A DNA stretch of 63,966 bases, filler included, from Reticulomyxa filosa (taxonomy: Eukaryota; Protista; Foraminifera): assembly GCA_000512085.1 (NCBI GenBank). It is 18 parts of 18 records of this genome, joined end to end, with 100 filler letters (N's around TTAATTAATTAA, not from the genome) between each part and the next. Parts side by side here need not be neighbours in the genome. Positions count along the whole stretch, not along the records: positions 24,621 to 25,620 come from ASPP01021494.1; positions 25,721 to 29,280 come from ASPP01037660.1; positions 29,381 to 32,787 come from ASPP01001901.1; positions 32,888 to 35,215 come from ASPP01013214.1; positions 35,316 to 39,925 come from ASPP01027411.1; 13 more parts are not named here. One strand, 5' to 3'. The notes beneath the pieces are model-generated. The model did not search any database. It saw only the letters and a list, made by a program, of their open reading frames with translations, and was not told the DNA's origin. The translations under genes were made by a program, and so were the position numbers. Positions 25,035-36,194 of the stretch are shown piece by piece; within the stretch, counting starts at the first letter, position 1, and every line of letters starts with the position of its first letter.

Positions 25035-25620
25035 ATGGGCAGTGGAAGCTCAATTGAACAAGCAACCCAGCAAGTGAAAACAGTAGCACAGGATACATTT
25101 CGCTCGATTTCGAGGTTTGCGGAGGACCACTTAAGCGAGGGTTATTTTGACAGCGGAAAGAAAGAGTGTCAGCAATGTCACAGGATAAAGCCGTCATCGC
25201 AGATGAAAATATTGAAGAACTGCCACCACGTGATATGTGTGCAATGTTTGTTGGCACATGTGGACGCGGACATTGAAGACATAGACAAGTACCCGTTGTT
25301 ATGTCCGATAGTAATAGCGGAAGAGAAGAGCGAGGAAACGAAAGAAAGCGAGCATGGCCAGCGCAATTTGTACGACGACGCCAACGAAACAAAGGAGGCA
25401 CAAGACCAATCAACACACAGTACAAGCCACGACGGTGACGACAATGACAACGAGAAATCGTCCGCAGGAGCATCGTCGCAAATGGCAATCAAGAAGAACA
25501 CATCCGTATTTACAAATCACCCGACAGCAAACAAACATGAAAAAGAAGACGTGAAGCATGACCTCCCAACAATAGAAGAAGCAAAACTGTTATTTGATCA
25601 TGTATTGTTTCCTTATATAT
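25035..25620 (+). CDS. RING/RBR-type E3 ligase N-terminus with probable N-myristoylation signal, partial
   Basis: Starts MGSGSS; RING1-like 'CQQC...NCHHVICVQCLLAHV.......PLLCP'. Confidence 0.65.
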
Positions 25621-25720
25621 NNNNNNNNNNNNNNNNNNNNNNNNNNNNNNNNNNNNNNNNNNNNTTAATTAATTAANNNNNNNNNNNNNNNNNNNNNNNN
25701 NNNNNNNNNNNNNNNNNNNN

Positions 25721-27624
25721 TCTTTTTTTGTACTCAGGACATTAAAAGTATCAAAAGGGACTGACTGTTGGATTCTGCGGTCATTCACACAGCTGCCAAT
25801 TGTTAAGTGTGTGATGTGTTTTTGACTGGCCTGCAATTGAAATGAATGAAATAAATGAATAAATAGAGTTGACGACATCAAACATTACCATTGTTGAAAA
25901 ATTTTTTGGAAAGATTGTCAATGCGACAGTTTGTGGTGCTGTTGCACTTGAAAGGAGTGCCCCAACACGAGTGCAGTGTGGCCGCGCTGCAAGGCTACGG
26001 CAAGATATTCGAGACGACGATCGACTCGTTTATTAGCAACAGCAACTACCACTACTTGAATCACGATGGCACTGTCGTATTCAATTATGACAAGATCTCA
26101 AAAGCAGGTTGCATTCACAGCGGTCTCATGTCGATTCGAAAAGACCTCTTTTTCTTTTCTCGAGCGCGCCGTCGATAAATGTCCATTAGAATTTAACAAG
26201 GTATTTTCACTTTGTACGTTGGCTTGTTACTTTTTCGTTTCCTATTTTTTTTTTCAATAAAAAAAAAAAAAAAAGATTAATAAATAAATAAATGAAATAA
26301 AGATTATAGATATGCTGGTGGCAATATTAGCACCTTGGCACACATTTGGATTAGAAGCGTCTAGCTATGGCAAAAAGAGCGAAAGCAAGGCCAAAAGCAC
26401 GAGACGGATGAGATCGCTGGGTCAACGATTGGTGTCGTGGATATGGACGAGCAATAAGAACGTGACGAAGCAGGAGCAAGATTACGAGTCATTGCTGCGC
26501 CAAGTCGGTCGTGTGGAAAAGGCGCTGACAGTGGAGACGCGATACTGGGTAAAATACGTGATGGAAATGCTGTCTTTTTTACACCGTGCTGATTGAACCG
26601 CTGCTGAAGCGCATGGCACAGGATCTAGACTTCACGTCGGAGGCAAACATCCTGGCTCTTTTCAAGCTCCTCTCATTGTATGGCAATGCCAATTTGTCGA
26701 ACAAGGACTCTGTCCTCGTGATGATTGTGCGCAGTCAAAAGCAGTACCCAAGTCCTATTTGTCACACATCGAACGCGAATACAAGTTTGCGCTCAAAAGC
26801 TTTGAGGATACCTTGGAGGTCGATATCAAAAAGTTTGACTTTCACGGTTAAATCTCTCCATTTTCATCGCTATAATCATCATTACTGTCACGCATGATGC
26901 CATTGTTGCGTTCATTCGACAATTGCGCGAGTGTCAGTTCACTATCAAACGCATTCTCAAACAACACGTCTCGTCTCTCGCTTCCTATCATATCCTCAAC
27001 TGCGAACATAAAATCATCGTTGAACGCTCAATTGCAATGTTGATTCGGTATTTTAAGTTTTTTTATATCTTTATTTTTTTTGATTAATTGGTAGATTGAA
27101 AACAACATATAAAAACAAATAAATAAAAGATGATATGCTTAAGAAAATTCCAATCGTCGAAAAGTGGGTGCAACAATATGAACCGACCCAACCAACAATT
27201 GAAAAAGAATCCCTTTTTGTATCTGGTACATATATATTATTTGTATATATATGTATATGCACATATATTTGCTTGATCTTGTTAGTGTATATTAAAATGC
27301 TACATAATTGATAGCAAACCAAGAATGATCCAACAGGGGTCCACGAGGCCTGAAGACAAAGTAAAAGGCATAATGGCAAAGATAGATCCTTGGCAACAGC
27401 TACTGTCCTCTTTCAAGTTGAAACCGCTTATTGCGCTCTTACGCATATTTGAACATGCAATATTGCGGAAGTTGGTAAGTGCAATATTCAGATACAGAGA
27501 AAGTTGGATATATGGAAAATATAAAATTTTTGCAAATATTGAAATTTTAATACTCTTGGCCTGTTTGTACAGTTTCAAATGGGCTGGTTATCTATTCTTT
27601 TTTTTTTTTTTAACAGATTTATAG
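25721..27624 (+). CDS. Hypothetical multi-exon protein with C-terminal hydrophobic segment, partial
   Basis: Higher-GC coding-like exons at 25891-26200, 26312-26897, 27135-27225 and 27325-27624; no family recognised. Confidence 0.45.
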
Positions 27625-28149
27625 TACATTTTTGTCTTATTTCTTTCTTTTTTGGTCATTAGTTTAAACCAAAAAAATCTTCTCTCGGTCAAGTTTCGTT
27701 ATTTTTTAGAATCAGCAAATGCACTTTGGTTAAAAATTTGAAATTTCTTTTTTTTTCGTAAAAAAAGGCAAAAGAAGAGGTAAAACGAAAAAAAAGTATC
27801 GTCTTCGTGTTTGATTAATCTTTCAAGTGAATAGATACAAAGGATTGAGGGAAAAAAGGGTTTGTTGGATGATGTCGACGGACAAGACAAACGAAGGAAC
27901 AATCAAGGCATGCAAAAGAAAAACCACAACTAGAATTGCATACAACAACGAGGATAGGTGAATTAAGTAAAATCTGTATAACCCAAATTAAAAAAAAAAG
28001 AATTTGAGAAAAGGAGTGAATTGACCTCATGAAATTGGACGTTATTACAAAAGCAAGAAAAGAGATATGATATGAAAATACAAAGATGAAAACTGAGCAA
28101 AAATTGAAACTCGAAGAAAATAGGAATACTTTGAACAAGATCAACATAC

Positions 28150-29156
28150 AACATTAAGAGAGGCCAATGTAATCGATCTTGGTCTATTGACTCCGCAAGT
28201 TTTCTATATATATGTATATAATAGTATTGGTGTACATGGAAAAGAAAAGAACAGCAATATATATGTACATATATATACATTTATATACATTTATATATAC
28301 ATATATGTATTGTAACAGCACCTTGTGCCGAATAAAAGCAGAATGCCGAGAATCAAGACGAACACGATGCAAGCAAAGGCGAAGGAGATCAAGGCCCATG
28401 CCAGATGATAGTTTTCCATGCCGGTCCAGGTGGTGGTGCCCAAGCCGATGGATTTTTTGCCGTAGAAGTGGTCCATGTGGAACCACGTCATAGACTGGCG
28501 TTGTTGAAACCATAGTTGACACAGCGTGACGTGCAGTTGTACATGTCTTGACCGTTCACCGAAATCGCAAACCGATATGTGAAAAACGAACGCGCAATCA
28601 GTCCGCATGGCTCCAGCGTCTTGCCTTGTACTTTTGGATAAACGGCTTGCAGTTCATGTCGTTCTTCGTTCCGTCATCGCGCAGTTGACTGTCGGATTTG
28701 CTTTGCAAATATTTGCGCTCATTCTTTTTTTTTTTTTAAAAAAAAAGGGGTTAAAAAAACTTGGTAAAAATTTTCCAAATCATAATAAAAGTAAATCGGT
28801 GCTTTCATGTCATGTTCGATGGTAATTGTGAAGGTGCATGTTCTTGGCAACACTGTAATTTTCACCAAATGCCACTTGACACCCTGGCATGTTGTCGTAG
28901 CGAAAGCTTTGATAATGACTTTATGTGTATATTATTATTATTGTTATGTGCAATGTGTTGTTTATTTGGGAATGATGAAACAAACTGCGTCCAATCCATC
29001 CAATAACAACACCCCAATCGGAATGAAGACCAGCGATATAAAAAGCGATACTCTTGATACTACCACTGAGGTTATCAGTGGCTGATATGCTGGCAATGCC
29101 TGCTGACTGAAAGGGCCATCTGCACCTCTCGCCAAAAGTATGCCCATGGAAGGCAT
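28150..29156 (-). CDS. CDC50/LEM3 (TMEM30) flippase beta-subunit, internally shortened, with frameshifts
   Basis: 'FSQQALPAYQPLIT....SLVFIPIGVLLL', 'CTFTITIEHDMKAPIYFYYDLENFYQ|NERKYLQSKSDSQLR', 'KTLEPCGLIARSFFT', 'GKKSIGLGTTTWTGMENYHLAWAL', 'RKLAES...LHW'. Confidence 0.88.
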
Positions 29157-29438
29157 GATTGATAGCGGAGTTTGTCTATTTTAGACGCTACTTAGCTCAG
29201 CAAATGTTGCAAACTAACACAAACGCAACACAAATATTTCAAGGATTTTTTTTTGTAGTAGCACATGTCCAGCAACCCCTNNNNNNNNNNNNNNNNNNNN
29301 NNNNNNNNNNNNNNNNNNNNNNNNTTAATTAATTAANNNNNNNNNNNNNNNNNNNNNNNNNNNNNNNNNNNNNNNNNNNNAAATTGTTCAAAAACAACAA
29401 ATATCTTGTATTTATTAATTCCTTAATTTTTTTTAATT

Positions 29439-29873
29439 TCATAACTTAGACTTTGACAAATCTTCATGGAAGATGCTGCATTGAGGATGCCACGATGGTA
29501 CACAAACAGCTAAAAATTGCAAATCTGTTTTCTTTTTATTGAAAATTTGATGCCAATACATTACTGGAATTGCAACTGCATCTCCAGGTTTCAATATGTC
29601 CACAACTTTATGTGTTTGTGAGAGATCATTTACATGCCAATAATGAATTTCTCCCTCTCCTGACATAATATAATAAGATTCTTCTGCAACTGGATGATAA
29701 TGTAATTTAGAAGATTTGTTGTGAGGTATTGTTATCAACGCCAAACTATGTTGTTTTGTTCCTTTTCCCACTTCTCCGAACAGTTCGTCAACAATTTCTC
29801 CATTTTCAGGAGAGACAAAAGGTTTTCCACCATCTTTTCGGCGAATCATTATTAGAGGTGAAGAGTTTTTCAA
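29439..29873 (-). CDS. Cupin-domain protein (Cupin_2 / mannose-6-phosphate isomerase-like)
   Basis: 'SKLHYHPVAEESYYIMSGEG' and 'LKPGDAVAIPVMYWHQIFN' are the two cupin metal-binding motifs; no intron. Confidence 0.88.
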   Translation of the reverse strand: MKNSSPLIMIRRKDGGKPFVSPENGEIVDELFGEVGKGTKQHSLALITIPHNKSSKLHYHPVAEESYYIMSGEGEIHYWHVNDLSQTHKVVDILKPGDAVAIPVMYWHQIFNKKKTDLQFLAVCVPSWHPQCSIFHEDLSKSKL

Positions 29874-30417
29874 AGTTTTGATCTAGTAGGTTTTTTTCCT
29901 TGAACGTAGGAAAAGCACTAAGCTCTTGCGACTGAAGTTCTGACATATGTCCAATATAAATTTGATTTTTTGAAATGCACGTTGTCACTAAAAAAGTTTG
30001 AAAGCGAAAGGTATATAATTAAAAACTCTTCATACGACCTATTTCATGAAATTTCTAGAAATTAAAGTAATTTATGTTTTCATTAGGCTAATAAAGGAGG
30101 TATTCAAACTTTGCAAAGCAATACAATGCTTGATTTATATATTCAATTTACAAGGATTGAGAATGATTTCATGAAGATCAACTTTTTTATATAGGTTAAG
30201 GATTATATGGAAGAAAGGTTTTGTTTTTTGATTTTCTTATGTTCAACATCACATTACAATACAAGCGGAAATTCAAATTGGACATGTACATGACTTGGAT
30301 ATTTTATTTTTGTTTGCCTTATTGCACCAAACCGAAACAAAGCGACGGCAGTAAGTAAGTCCGCAAACAAACAAAAAAAAAGGAGGAAAAAAACAAACTA
30401 GGTCGTTTTGGGCTTGG

Positions 30418-32053
30418 CTAACCAACAATTTTGGTAGTTTTTAGTCTCTGAAGAGCGTATTGTTTGGAAAGTTTGAACAATATATTTTCATTAAAATCAA
30501 TATTTTTGTTTGTGATTTTGCACAAATATTGTTTTCCTTTCTCGAAAAACTCAATCCTAGAGTTTTTACATTCTCGACTAACATAGGTTTCCATACAATC
30601 CAAGAGAAATTGAATTTCCAAAAGTAGTTGTTTGAATCCTTCAATGGAAAAGACGAGAGTAGTAGAAGATGGAATGGTGTCAGGAAGGATAGGAATGCGT
30701 CGACAACTCTGTCGCACAAAATGTTCCATACATTTTTCCATGACGGTAGACACTAACTCAGTTCCCAGATAGCAAACAATTTTTCGGTTAAGGTTTCCAA
30801 ATGAGAAAGCAAATGATAGCAAGCCTCGCCAACGATGGGATTAGCATGATTGAAACAAGAAGTCGTTTTATACAATTTGCCAAAGCCTTTTCCAGTTCCA
30901 ACATTGCTTTTGTCAGTATCGAAATCGTTGGAGTCATCCATGTTCCATCCCAATATACTTTCCATCGCAAATGTCTGATGAAAAGCAAATCGATTCATGC
31001 CCTCCTCATATGCTTTTTTTTCGCGCTGTCTAAGTCCTTTCAGACCGTCAATATTTCGTGCAAACAATTTCTGCAATTGATCGGTGATCCTCTCCGTCAA
31101 ATCCTCGGACACATAGTATATATCTGCAATTAAAGAAAGTTGTTGAATGTCTTCCAGCACGATATCCTCTTTGCTCATATTGGATTTTTCGTCAGATTGA
31201 TACCCAAAAGCAAAGGACATCCTCCTCCTATCGGACGTTGTGATTTGTGTGGACACATTGTGAGACGCATGCGAAGGAGTTGTGACAGCGGAAGATCTAA
31301 ATGTAACCTCGTCCGTCGTGGAGGTGGGAGACAGTAGCATTGTCTCCTTTGGCTTCCGCAGTTTGTCGTGGATTCGGGTAATGTAATACTCTACCAAAAT
31401 CACCATCTCATTGACAACAACCCCGCACAAACCCCGAGTCAAATCTTTGTAGTATTTTCCAGCATACAATATTTCACTAATATTTTGAACGATGTTTTTC
31501 ACAATAGCGTAGAAGTACACCCCTGACGTGGTCAACTTGACAATGGCTTTCGAGAGGACAAGCCATGGTCTGCGCCACTGTTGCGTCTATCGATTGTCAC
31601 ATGGCTTGCCATTATCATCTCATTCGGACTGCTGTGTTCCGGAATTACTTTCAAATGGCTTGGGAACTCGACAACGGTTAATCCGGTGGGACGACTGTCG
31701 ATCGGCTCCTCGCCGTTGGGTGAGTCCATGCCCAAGCCGTTCGTCGCGCCGACGCCGCTGGCGAGAGTGCCACGTCGCGACGTGTCGACCACGGAAAGAC
31801 GAGCGTACGCCCCTTGGCGAGATGCGCTTCGAGTCATTCGACGTGGGTTGAGCAAATGCTTACGCACTTTGGCCACTTGTTTGCTCGAAGACACCATGCT
31901 GTCTTTTTCTATTTCTGCGCGAATTAAAAACGTTTTATCTTTAAATAAGCGTTGGATTTGTTTTTTCTTTTTTCATTCCAATGTGTATGTTATATACATA
32001 TACATATATATGTACATATATGTAATATAATTTTTTTAAAAAATACAAGTCAA

Positions 32054-32084
<31 letters not shown>

Positions 32085-32787
32085 TATATAATCCTTTCTC
32101 CTTTTCAAAGCAAACAACAACACACCATTGGCTTTTCAAATTTGTTGGTTAACAGAAAGGATACATCGACTCCATAAGGATTGAGCCTATGACTTTGCTG
32201 AAACACGATTTTGAGACAATCGCCAATGGCACTGTATTTGTTTTCCAAGAACACAAAGACTTGGTTTTCGAACAGAGCGATGAAGCGATTCAGTTCAATG
32301 CAAATCCACATAATCAATCCGCTCATGTACACATTGCGAATCATGGTGGAATCGCCGCGTGACGCTTTGCGAGTTGTCACGCCCTCGATGTCGCCTTGCA
32401 ATTCCAACATTACATTGGTGCTGCTGGGCTTGGACGCGACTTTTTTGGGTTCCTCTTTTTCCTTGGCTTTTTTTGCGTCCGTTTTTCCTTCGGTATGTTT
32501 CTGCGAATCTGTTTTGTCTGTTGCTTTCTTGATCTTGGCCCTCGAGCGATCAGTTCGTGCGTTCTCACCATTGGTGCTACTGGCGCCACTGCTGCTCCTT
32601 CTCCGAATTATCCGGACTCTTCCCCCTTTGGCAGTATTGCTAGCGTTTTTTCCGTCTTTTTTTTTGTTGCGATTGTTTGAAGTACGACGATGATTACCAC
32701 CTTTACCACCACCACCACCACCGCCACCGCCGCCGTCGTCGTCTTCATCATCGTCGTCATTATCATTACCATCATTATCATTATCAT
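30418..32787 (-). CDS. Exocyst component Exo84/EXOC8-like, C-terminal part
   Basis: 'MSGLIMWICIELNRFIALFENQVF.....SAIGDCLKIVFQQSHRLNPYGVDVSFLL' matches the Exo84 C-terminal helical domain; downstream exons are helical; frame changes near 31535 and 30820. Confidence 0.65.
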
Positions 32788-32887
32788 NNNNNNNNNNNNN
32801 NNNNNNNNNNNNNNNNNNNNNNNNNNNNNNNTTAATTAATTAANNNNNNNNNNNNNNNNNNNNNNNNNNNNNNNNNNNNNNNNNNNN

Positions 32888-33172
32888 AAAAAAAAAAAAA
32901 AAAAAAGTTTTTGAAATGATTGCCGTTTTGTACCGTCGGGTTTTCTTTTTCTTCGATTTGTGCTTCGATTTCTTCGACTTACTTTCGTCTTTGCTCTTCT
33001 CCTTAGATTTATCTTCTTTCCTATCTTTTTGCTTTGCGCTCTTGTCCTTATCTTTGTCTTTATCTTTCTCCTTATCTTTATTCTTCTCTAGCTCTTTCAC
33101 ATCTTTCATTTCTATCGATTCGTCTGCAGTCGGTTCTTTTACAACTTCTTTCACTGGTTCTTCCGTAGACAT
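32888..33172 (-). CDS. Lys/Asp/Glu-rich N-terminal exon of an unknown gene (truncated)
   Basis: MSTEEPVKEVVKE...KDKDKDK...; ends in an intron-like T run at the spacer. Confidence 0.55.
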
Positions 33173-33436
33173 GAGCTGCTTCGAAAAGAATTTTCACCAC
33201 CAATTAAAACTTACCGAACAAATAAAGAAAATTAGTACAATATGATCGTGAGGAAAGGAAAATTTTTATTCAACTTCGAAATTGTGGACTTAACCCAGCA
33301 CCGGCACGTCGTTTTTTGCCAGTTTAAAGTAAACAAATAAATAATTTTGGATGCGTTGGTGAGAAACTGTTCTTTTTTGGAAGAAAGTAAGGTAAATTAG
33401 CGGTGATTAAAAAAATTGGAGAGTAATAAAAAATGT

Positions 33437-35175
33437 TCAAATAATGTCAAAAATAAGAAAAATACAATACAATCCGGGAAGGAGATAAAGAAATGAAAAA
33501 GCCCGCATGTGGAAAATATGCGACAGGATGAGAAGAATGTTACTTGGAAGTTTTTTGGGTCGTTTTGTGTTGGAAGACAACTTGCGTACCTTGATGACTC
33601 TCTTTCTTAGCTTATAGCGTGTGTTGTGTGCAAACTTTTTGGTAGGTTTCCAGACGATGTTTCCTTTTCTGTGAGAACGTTCTAAAGCATGTTCAGTCTT
33701 GCGACGAATCCATGCACTAGTCTCAGTATCGGCCATAAACTCTTTTGCCCAAGTGGATTTGCGAAGCTTGCGAGGCATTCTCGAAGAGTAAAACTCCGTG
33801 GGGCCCTCAATGACACGACCCATTTGAAAGAACTTTGGAATATACTTTTCTTTGCTTTTTGGAGGTTTCCATTTGCGATACAGCAGATGGCGGTTTTTTA
33901 CTAATCTGTCGACGCATCAAACAGAAGAAGTGATATTCCCTCAATCTTTTCATCTTACATTGTTTGAAAGCAACACGATTGGACAGAGAGAGAGAGAGAC
34001 ATAACAAAAAGTGCATCTTGTTCTCTGCCGTCAATTTGCCACGTGGCAGATTGTACCAATTCTTGCCAGCGTTGACTCGCTATGTTCACATAAGCAAGAC
34101 CAAGTCAAAAGAAAGATATTTATTGCATTGACTCACACACACACACACAACTAGCATATATTTATTTTTTATTTTTATTTTTTTGCAAATCAATTGAGTT
34201 TTGTGTGTGTGTGTTTGAAAGAAACGAGGAGGAAAAGGATATCAGCACAGATAAAAAAACAAACAAAACTTTTGTTTTGACAACACGTGCATCTTTACTC
34301 GACAAAGGCGGGGCAATCGCTTTCTTTTCCAAATTTTGTTTTCTGGTAATGGCACGCTTCATCGTTCTGAGTTGGAAAAGGAGAGACAATACACACAAGT
34401 AGCATTCATGTATTCCAATATTACATCACTATGCAAACGAAGGATAGAATAACAAAGAGATTACATAACATATATACATATATACATATATATATATATA
34501 TGTATATATGTATATATGTATATATGTATATATGTATATATGTATATATGTATAGATACACATATATACATATATACATTACATATACATATATGTGTAT
34601 ATAAGATAAAACCAAACTCCTCTGCTAAATACATTTCTCTTTGGCAAACATGTCATGTCCCGACGCGGGAGAAAAAATTGTGGAATCCAAGTTTGCGTCT
34701 TCATTCATAAATTTCAAATTTTGAACGTCGGTCGTTTCTTTGATGCCGTAATCGAGTTCGAATTTTTGATTCAAAAATGACCCCTTATTTTGGGTTATGC
34801 TTCCATCCAAATATGATAAAACTTTCTTCATATCCACTTTTTGAGATAGTGCGACTTCACTTCTTTTTTTTTTTTTTTTTATTAACCTTACATGTTTATT
34901 TTTTTTTTTTAATTTTTATTTTTCAAAAAAAAAAAAAAAAAAGGACATTTATATACATATACATTAAATATTTAAATATATAAATATATTTATGTACATA
35001 TATACAAAAGAGGGAGGGGTGTGTATGTGGCGTGAAAAGTAGAAAACAACTTTGTACACTGGTCCATATAGGTGATGCCAATGATTTGTCATTACTCCAA
35101 CCACTGTCACAAAATGTCACACATTTGTCGCCTTTGTCCCAAGGGTCTCTTCCCAACAGCAACGTTGGTTCACCA

Positions 35176-35180
<5 letters not shown>
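33437..35180 (-). CDS. Fcf2 pre-rRNA processing domain protein (DNTTIP2/Fcf2-like), partial
   Basis: '[19 protein letters not shown]' (~34020-34075) and '[37 protein letters not shown]'. Confidence 0.85.
34460..34600. repeat. Intronic (TATATG)n / (TA)n microsatellite
   Basis: tatatgtatatgtatatatg... tandem array inside an Fcf2 intron. Confidence 0.85.
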
Positions 35181-35215
<35 letters not shown>

Positions 35216-35315
35216 NNNNNNNNNNNNNNNNNNNNNNNNNNNNNNNNNNNNNNNNNNNNTTAATTAATTAANNNNNNNNNNNNNNNNNNNNNNNNNNNNN
35301 NNNNNNNNNNNNNNN

Positions 35316-35620
35316 ATTATGTTCAATATCCCAAACATGTATAATTTTGTCAGCAGATGAAAAGCAAATGAAATTATGACGATATTTTTAATAAAGAGAT
35401 AAAAATTTAACACAACTTACAGCTGCTGCATGTTTATCGAATGATTAGATGGGTTTGTTAGTATCTAAATTATATACTACCTGCCCAGAACAGATATATT
35501 GGACAATTAATATTGAATCAAAGCTTATGTGACCAGTGAATGTATCGAGTAATTTAGCTTACCAATGCCCTTTGTGTTAAAACTTCGAAGGTAATCATTC
35601 TATCAACACTTTTTAATTTT
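35316..35620 (-). pseudogene. WD40-repeat gene remnant
   Basis: Minus strand reads 'KLLDTFTGH', 'YICSG', 'HAAAVSCVKFLS' and 'SSADKIIHVWDIE', with stops and frameshifts. Confidence 0.65.
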
Positions 35621-35859
35621 TGCACTTAAAATTTTATTAGACGTAAGATAAAATTATTTAAACGTATTTTCCAAATAAAAAAGTTGCCAAAAACACTTTA
35701 AAATAAAAAATATAAAAATTAACTTTCAATTAAACACTAATCACTCCCTTCAATTGATACTACTTTCATGTTTATTCACTTTTAAAAAACAAGCAACAAA
35801 AAAAACATTATTTTTTTAAAAAAAAATGTTTAACACAAAAAAATTAAAAAAATAATCAA

Positions 35860-36160
35860 TCTAAAATACCATATAAAAAATTAAATTTGAACTAACTCCC
35901 TTGGGAAAAACAGAAAATAAAATAAAAAATATTCACATGCACAAGGTGCCGGCGAACATTTGTTATTTTATTTTGTTTTTGTCAAGGGATTTAGTTCAAA
36001 TTTAATTTTTGTATTATGCATAAATAAGGTTTGCTGTAGCACAAAAACCCAGATTTAAAAGTTCACTGTTTGAAAAAAAACCGACAAATACTTTTCTGCA
36101 GGAAAATTCTAATGAAATGCAGGAAAAACGATCGCATTCTCGTTTGATTCGATACAAAAT
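35860..36160 (+). repeat. Dispersed repeat copy 1, containing a ~135-bp imperfect palindrome; 5' region of the retroelement
   Basis: Arms aaaaattaaatttgaactaactcccttg (35876-35903) and caagggatttagttcaaatttaattttt (35983-36010), apex gcac-aag-gtgc; aligns with the reverse complement of 42245-42540. Confidence 0.9.
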
Positions 36161-36194
36161 AATTTGAAAACGCCCTTTTGGAATTTGTTTTATC

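Noticed and set aside
28291-28608. His-containing membrane ORF suggesting a sterol desaturase/hydroxylase
   Set aside because: No proper HxxxH/HxxHH boxes; the region is the C-terminal part of the CDC50 gene.
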